From: the human T2T-CHM13v2.0 reference genome, Homo sapiens | Strand: one strand, 5' to 3' | Assembly (NCBI RefSeq): GCF_009914755.1 | Contig: NC_060932.1 | Length of the DNA: 64,000 nt | In this document: piece after piece, positions 56,761 through 64,000 of the stretch | Layout: the number at the start of each line of letters is the position of its first letter | Position numbering within the stretch: the stretch's first letter is position 1 | Made by a program: the position numbers and the translations under genes | The notes under the pieces: model-generated | Told to the model about the DNA's origin: nothing | Databases searched by the model: none | Seen by the model: the letters and a program-made list of their open reading frames with translations, nothing else

Positions 56761-59700
56761 ACTGTTTATGATACTTGTGTTAGTCACTCGAGCTAGCTTA
56801 TTTCAGCCACTTCTAGCAGATCATGCCATGGAGCTCACGACGTGTGACCATTTCGTCATATTTAAAATATAACTTCAAGAAAAGAGTAAACATCCATTGG
56901 AGAACACGGCTGAAAATTATTGTGCTGTTCTAGGAACATCATCCTAGAGAGTGTGATGTTCACTATAACCCCATACCTACATTCCCTAATGATACAGCCA
57001 ATGACAGGTGAAACCCAGACACTCTCCTTAGAGCCGACAGGTTGATCCTGCTGTGTTGAAGGCTGTGGTTAATAAAACACAAGTATGATAAACAGGACCT
57101 AGCGTTTAGCCCGGGAAAGGAGAATGCTGCTTGTCACCTAGAGTGCTTTCCTTGTGATGCGTCTCTCGCATCTTCACGTGTTGTTGTGTTTGAAGTAAAA
57201 CTAGTTGTTATCGATGACAATTTTTACCATAGTTTTCTCAGCAAATTTATATCACCATCTTAGAATGGTATATAAAAAAATTGAACTGTTTATGATACCA
57301 AAAAAATTACAGTTTTGTTTAAAAGGAAATGTTGATGTTTTCAACTCCAAATCAATTCTAAAAACTTCAAGCACTTAATGGAAAGGTAAATGGTCAGATA
57401 AAAATATAATTACCTGTAAGGTTATCTGGTTTTAAAAGAAAAAAAAAAAGCCTACAAACTCAGTGACCTACTACGCAGAGGGAATTTTTCCCTGCTGCTT
57501 CTTATGAAAGTGGCCAGGTTTATTATTAGAAGACACAGTGGCAGAGCACACATGTGCACAGGTTCTGATTATTTCTCTTGGAGCATATGTCCTTGTCTTG
57601 ATTTTTGCCTTTTCGATGCCATATTAAGCAGCCACCGTTTCCACCCCTTTCATTAGAAGGCCCTGCATCCGTAAATTCGCGCATCTCTGTTTTTGTTAGA
57701 TCCTTGTAAGCATCGCTACCCGAGTCCAGGATGGAATTTCACAGGAAAGTGAAGGGATACTGCAGGCCTGTGTTTGCAGCGCCTGTGGTAACTGTGGAAT
57801 GAGCTCTGTTAGGGACAGTTGTCTGGTTTGTGCCAAACCTTCGAGGGGCGAGTAGGGAGTGGGGGAGGTGGGTCCAAGTCTCCCTCAGGAAGGCCTTTTC
57901 TATCGGCAGCAATTCCATCAAGCCAAGCCTCCTGTGGTCCTGAGCATGAAGGGGCCAGGGGACCTCCTGGGAGATGCAGCTTTTGTTTCCGCTGCGTTTC
58001 ATCAGTCAGCCTTGCTTGGAATTCTGGCAGGTTCCCCGGGGTGTTTCAGTGGACAGGAGGCCCCCGTGCCGTGGCTGAGTCAGCCTGGGTACCCCAGTCA
58101 CCAGCAGGGCCACCCTTGATGACAGGGCCCCCCACGAACCTGGGAAAGGCAGCGGGAAATGTGTGAGAGGGTGTGCGCTGGTACGGACATAAAAGCATTG
58201 TCCAAAACAGCGCTGGTTCGGGGAGGGCCCCTGGATACTGCCTTTGGCCCACACTGAAAACTGAAATTGCCCCACCTGTGAGCACAGAAACACGCTTCTC
58301 CAACACGGGCCGAAATAACTAAACTCCACATGGTTCCTGCCTGCTCATTTCCCAGCCCTCTTCTTCTCAAGCCTGAACTTCATTTTTTTTTTTAGCTGCA
58401 AATTTAACAGGCTAATTTAAAACTGCAGTTTTCAGACGACAGCCCCTGGGAATGTTCCAGGGTTCTCTTGTTTTGATCTGCATGTCTGTTTACACTTCTC
58501 TGTAGGCGTGGGTTGAATACAAGTTTCCAAAACTTTAAAATAGAAAACCACGAGCTTAAGAGGTGAAAAAGATGACCCCTTTCTGATTAGGATCTGTAAC
58601 TCTGTGGGCTGGGTCAATGCAGTGTGCTTCATTCAGGGCCATGTGGCAGCCATGACACACACCACATAAGGTCAGCTCAGAGCCCATGGCTTCCCTGCAG
58701 GAGCCCCATCTTGTCGCTATTAGTTGGGAGTTGCAATACATTGTTGGCCATAAACAAAGTGCTAAAGGAAAGGGTTTGCTTCTACACATTCGGCTGAATG
58801 TCCCCCAGTGCAGGGTGGCAGCAGAATGTTCTGGAAATGAAGGAGATATTGCTAGGAATCTCTAGGCTGTTAGGCAACCTGGCTTTTATTCATCCTCAGC
58901 CGGCAACTCATCTCAAGTTTATGTCTCAGTTTTTTTCCTCTAGAAAGGGGATTACAGTTCCTGTCCCTGTCTTCCTCCAGGACACACTGTGAGGATTAAT
59001 GACATATTGGCTCTAAAGTCCTTTGAGCTCCTGGGAACAGGTGGTGAAAGTGTGCGTTACTGCTAAGGATTAGTCCCTGGCCTCTTCTAGAATGCCGCCC
59101 TCCCAGCTCTGCAGGGCACGCTGCCAGAATCCAGGCTGGTCGTAAACATCTCAGAGATAATCAGGGACCACCAGAGGCAGAGGCCATGAGACTGTCTTTG
59201 GAAAGGTTTGGAAATGCAGAAATAACTACAAGGGCCATTCTCCTTAGCTTCTGGCTTTCAACTGTTTCTAGATGCTTCCAAGAACAAGAACCCAGCACCA
59301 ACCAGAATTAGGCCACGTTTTCACCATTACTTAAGCTCAATCGCCTCTTAGATGAAATGAGGAGATAAACTAAACATTAAAATGATGAAGGAAAAAAAAT
59401 TATTTGGAAGCCGAAAACCGCATGGGTGGGGAAACATCAGGAACGAAATCAGACACACTGACTCAAACCACGCAAGGGTTTGAGAAGCCCACCCCTCTAA
59501 TTCCAGGCGTTTGTAATTTCTCTACTTCGCACTTGAGAGAAGGCAGAGGTGGTCCGTGGGAAAGCTCCGGGAAACAGCCGTCTTTCATCCTTGCCACATT
59601 GAAAAATGTCCACAATTTTATGAATTGCTGTCCTAACCCTGGCGTTTTTATCCAGTGTTAAAATAAATTATTTCAAGTTTCAATGTAAACACTTAACAGA

Positions 59701-61116
59701 TGACTTCTTTGCAGAAGAAATGTTCGTTACCTACTATCAAACTACTTTTTAACAGATTTTGTATATACACACACAAGTTGACAGAGGTTTACCTCCCTAC
59801 TTTCTTAGATTTTATGTAACTCTTTTCATTGGTGCTTATTCAGAACCTGAAAGCCTTGGGCATCCAAGCTTTCACCTACTCAATGGAGGAGAGGTGATAA
59901 TGAATGAAAAGATTGACACCAGGTTTCTTGGACAAATTTAAGTTCAAATTTATCTCTTTCAAGTAGACCATGGTCTCCCTAGAGAGTGTGTTGGCTTGTG
60001 TCTGCCAGTACGACAAAGGACGCTCCCAGCTTGATCGTGGTACCTTATGGAAGCCACTCACGCATTCTCTGATTTACCCCCAAAACACTACCATGCCCCA
60101 GCCCCACTCATTTAAATAATACAATCATATCACTTTCAAAGGGCTCAGCACGAATGTTCCCCTCACTCCACTTTTTAACTCGTTTGCTGAACTCGACAAG
60201 GCTTCCCCTTACGAGCAGTGAGACCTAGGCTACTTTCGAACGCTTCCTTCCGAACGGTAAGCCACTTCGCTCTCGGGCAGGACAGGTCCTCCCTGCAGAG
60301 AGAGACAACTCATCCCCCGACCTTCCATACTACAGACCAAAATACCCAGGTGTGGCCTAAGGACTATATTAAATGCCTCCTATAGAAATTCAAGGAATGT
60401 TAGAACCAGGAAACTAGCTGTTTAAAGTTTTAAAGAAGTATATAAATATATATATAAATATAAATATGAAATCATATCGAGTGTGAGGATGAGCAGAGTG
60501 CCAAATATTCAGCATCTGTACAAAGTCATTCACTGGAATTCAACTATTTTATGTCATTCTCTTTCTCACGCTTTTATGGTTCTTTTGATAAATTCTATTT
60601 AGTAGCATGCAGGATACCTAATCTGAATGTGCAATATGCTATTCATCACCACGACAATTTCTTACTTCCTCTTAATAACTTACCAGAATGTTGGTCATTC
60701 CTTTAAGGCAGTTAAGGATTGCTTTATTTGTGTTCTTTTTTCCCATGACTTTTTTTCACTCTCAGCTGACTGTAAGAAACTGTGCACCGTTTCCGCCATA
60801 ACCGTCCTGTGACGATGCCTCCATTTGACTTCTGTATCGCTGATGTTCACCTCCTGTAAATAGTTTGGCAATTAAATTTTTTGAGAAAAGTAATGTTTAC
60901 TTTTTTATTGGAGTGAATTCTCGTGTTATTTTAATCTCAGAAAAATTATATAGACCAAAGAGTTTTATCCGAAAAAAAATTACACTCTTCCTCCATTATA
61001 TATTTCATTGTTGAAATATCCTCAATTTCTCTATATTTTAAGAAGTAATGGACATTTATTAAGGTTACAGATTTAATATGTATGCAAAATGGTATAGATT
61101 AAATGAGTTTTTAATT

Positions 61117-61122
61117 AATAAA
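61117..61122 (+). terminator. Candidate distal polyadenylation signal AATAAA
   Basis: U/A-rich upstream with TGTA; downstream ggttgttttacgctcttttgagttg. Confidence 0.72.
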
Positions 61123-61319
61123 TCCTACAGTATTTAGTTAACGGTTGTTTTACGCTCTTTTGAGTTGCATTGAAAAGAGACGCACATTAGCTCACGGGAC
61201 CTTATGGATCCTGGCTCCAGTGAGACAGGGTGGGATGTGGACTTGGTGATGAAACTCCAGGAGGACAAGTGGGTTCCAGTCCCCAGTGAGCCTGCAACTG
61301 CCAGGAAGCAGTGCAAGCC

Positions 61320-61620
61320 AGTCCATCCAGGGAGGTGACCGGTCTAGGAGGTGGACCGGTCCGGGGAGGCGACCAGTCCAGGGAGGGGACCAGTCCGGGA
61401 GGTAGACCAGTCTGGGGAAGTGACCAGTTGGAGAAGGTGGACCAGTCCGGGGAGGTGACCAGTCCGAGGAGGTGGACTAGTCCCGGGAGGTGGACCAGTC
61501 CAGGAGGTAGACCAGTCTGGGGAAGTGACCAGTTAGAGAAGGTGGACCAGTCCAGGAGGTAGACCAGTCTGGGGAAGTGACCAGTTAGAGAAGGTGGACC
61601 AGTCCGGGGAGGTGGACCAC
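61320..61620. repeat. G-rich ~17-18-bp minisatellite with higher-order duplication
   Basis: ggaggtggaccagtccgg variants; block ggaggtagaccagtctggggaagtgaccagtt(a/g)gagaaggtggaccagtcc occurs 3 times. Confidence 0.92.
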
Positions 61621-62897
61621 ACGTCACCACTCTGAGCAGTTGCTCCCTGCCTTCCACCTCCTTGATCAGTTGCACCTGCCCTTCTTTCTCTTGCCTGTGA
61701 CCAGCTAGTCTCACCCCTCTCAGTGAGAAATCCTGCTGCCTCATGTCTCTGCACCTTCTTTCTATGCACTCCTTGCCTGGATACTCTGAGTATTGCTCTG
61801 CAGTCTCCCCAGGGGCACAGTGCAGCTCTTGAGGACAACCCTCCCCCAGCACACATCAGGACTGTGTTTCATGCATTGTTTTTCATGTCTTTCCTTTACT
61901 GTATTTCTTTTCAAGATACACTTATAACCAGCGAAAACAAAGCTTTATATATTTTTCTTTTTTAATCCCATAGCCCTTCAATAAATATTTTAATTTACTT
62001 GGCCTTTCATTTGAAACATTATACCTTCATCCTCATGTAGTCAAACATTATTTTCCCAGAAGTCAGTAAAAGTACAAATAAATTACTATGGAATTCATTT
62101 TAAATTATAACAAGATAATTTATAGAATCTTTTAATTAAAAACCAAGAGACCAGTGCATGAGAATTTCTGGTTTCTCATACAGCATTCTGTCCTCACAAC
62201 AAGAAAAAGTGGAACAAGCTGAAAAGCAGCAATTCTTTGTAGATTCTTATCAAAATGAATGTCACAGGGCAAACAGCTCCCCCAGAATGAGAGAGGCTGA
62301 CACAGAGACTCACAACCCACTGAGCAGATGCCCAGGTACGGAAACCTCTGTGGGGACCTGTGCTGGGCTGGGGAAGCCTGACCCGTGGCTGACAAACCCA
62401 GAAGCTCAACGTGGACAAACCTGAGGACTGAAAACTCTAGGGGGCCCAGTCTTAGGACGCCCCCAACACCTTGTGAGCTTTACCCCCAGGAACCCCCCCG
62501 CCCCCCCCGCCAGGTTCTCAGGGTATAGATCAGAGAAAAATGCCCTTGTGTTTCCAGCAGGTGGGGGGAAAGTAGCCATTCTGAAATATGCCCAGAGCAT
62601 CTGTTCACCTTAAAAAAAGGCCCTCAAGTAAAAGTATCCTACCAAAGCCTAACAGACAGACTTGGGGTTTGCCAGAGTCTGACATATCTAGGGGAAGGGA
62701 AAGACCCTATGCCAGCCCCCTGTAGCCATCCTAAGGCAGGGGTGGGGAGGGGGGACTGGGAAGGATTTACAAAGATCAGACCTCAGGGCACAGGCTCACT
62801 GAAAGACTGAGACCCAATCATAGGATAAGAGAAAGCTTCCCCTCCCCCCTACACCTTACCATTCCATCAATAGCACTTTTGTATTAAAAAAGAGGGA

Positions 62898-62975
62898 GGC
62901 CGGGTATGGTGGCTCGCACCTGTAATCCCAGCACTTTGGGATGCCAAGGTGAGAGGATCGCTTGAGCACAGGACT
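62898..62975 (+). mobile_element. Alu left-arm fragment
   Basis: ggccgggtatggtggctcgcacctgtaatcccagcactttggga. Confidence 0.85.
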
Positions 62976-63500
62976 TTTTAAAAAAGAGACCCAACAGCAT
63001 GCTGTTACCAGAAAAGCGCTTTAAATATAAAGACACTGATTAAAAGTAACACCATAGAGCAGTGTAAACCATGCTAACACTAATCCAAAGCAAGCTGCAG
63101 TCACTGCATTAACACCAGACAGGGCACCCTTCAGACAAGAAATCTCCTCCAGGACACAGAAGGACATGACATAATGATAAAGAGGCCAGTTCTCCACAAA
63201 GGCATGACAATGCTCAATGTGCCTGTGCCTAAAAACAGTGTCAAGTGACACGAAAACCAGCAGAACTACAAAGAAAGAGAAATCCACTGTGGCGGTTAGA
63301 GAGCTCAGCACCTGTCTACCAGTAACTGACAGATCCAGCCAGCAGAAAATCAGCAAGGACATAGCTGACCTCAACAGCACCACTGGTTACCTAGCTATAA
63401 TGAACACCTAACACCCTACTTCATCCAACTACAGTGGAACAGACATGCTTCCCAAGCTATACTCTGGGCTACGAAACACACCTTAAAAATGTAAAAGAAG
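62976..63500 (+). mobile_element. Old L1M ORF2 endonuclease-region relic
   Basis: Degenerate translation DRSSQQKISKDIADLNST matches L1 EN (DRSxRQKINKDIxDLNS, cf. the L1PA ORF at 12175-12357). Confidence 0.8.
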
Positions 63501-64000
63501 CACCACTGGTTACCTAGCTATAATGCACACCTAACACCCTACTTCGTCCAACTGCAGCAGAACACACATGCTTCCCAAGCTACACTCTGGGCTATGAAAC
63601 ACACTTTAAAAATGTAAAAGAAGCACCACTGGTTACCTAGCTATAATGAACACCTAACACCCTACTTCATCCAACTACAGCAGAACACACATGCTTCCCA
63701 AGCTACACTCTGGGCTATGAAACACACTTTAAAAATGTAAAAGAAGCACCACTGGTTACCTAGCTATAATGCACACCTAACACCCTACTTCGTCCAACTG
63801 CAGCAGAACACACAGGCTTCCCAAGCTACACTCTGGGCTATGAAACACACCTTAACAGATGTAAAAGAAGCACCACTGGTTACCTAGCTATAATGCACAC
63901 CTAACACCCTACTTCGTCCAACTGCAGCAGAACACACATGCTTCCCAAGCTACACTCTGGGCTATGAAACACACTTTAAAAATGTAAAAGAAGCACCACT
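63376..64000. repeat. 123-bp minisatellite, >=5 copies, runs off the window
   Basis: caccact(ggttacc) at 63378, 63501, 63624, 63747, 63871, 63994. Confidence 0.97.

Larger units (their letters stand above)
54072..61140 (+). other. DLGAP2: DLGAP2 long 3'UTR (~7 kb)
   Basis: AU-rich with no recognisable Alu/L1; ends after AATAAA at 61117 and a GU/U-rich downstream tract; end point is inferred. Confidence 0.75.

Overview
Human (primate) genomic DNA containing the 3' half of DLGAP2 (SAPAP2, GKAP family postsynaptic scaffold; from recall chr8p23.3, subtelomeric) on the + strand. Seven GT-AG coding exons splice in frame: 21229-21578, 22643-22684, 29433-29518, 31114-31529, 44441-44532, 49794-49946 and 53853-stop 54071. 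They encode a PxxPxR motif, two GIQ/GVQ dynein-light-chain-type motifs, the GH1 domain and the C-terminal QTRL PDZ ligand. A ~7 kb 3'UTR with no recognisable Alu runs to about 61140. Positions 1-21228 are part of a long upstream intron. The introns hold many Alu, L1, LTR, MIR and L2 relics and an unusually dense set of minisatellites. Most ORFs in the supplied track are repeat or GC artefacts. I see no convincing wholly new gene system. The best leads are regulatory: (1) a 42-nt frame-preserving exon that toggles an LC8-type motif (GIQVE vs GIQDS); (2) a last-intron VNTR carrying ~15 UGCAUG plus YCAY and GUAAGC elements; (3) a CpG-dense 42-bp VNTR beside an exon; (4) a 123-bp VNTR derived from L1 endonuclease sequence; (5) tandem polyA sites with a G-rich repeat just downstream. 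Repeat subfamily calls are from memory, not from a search.
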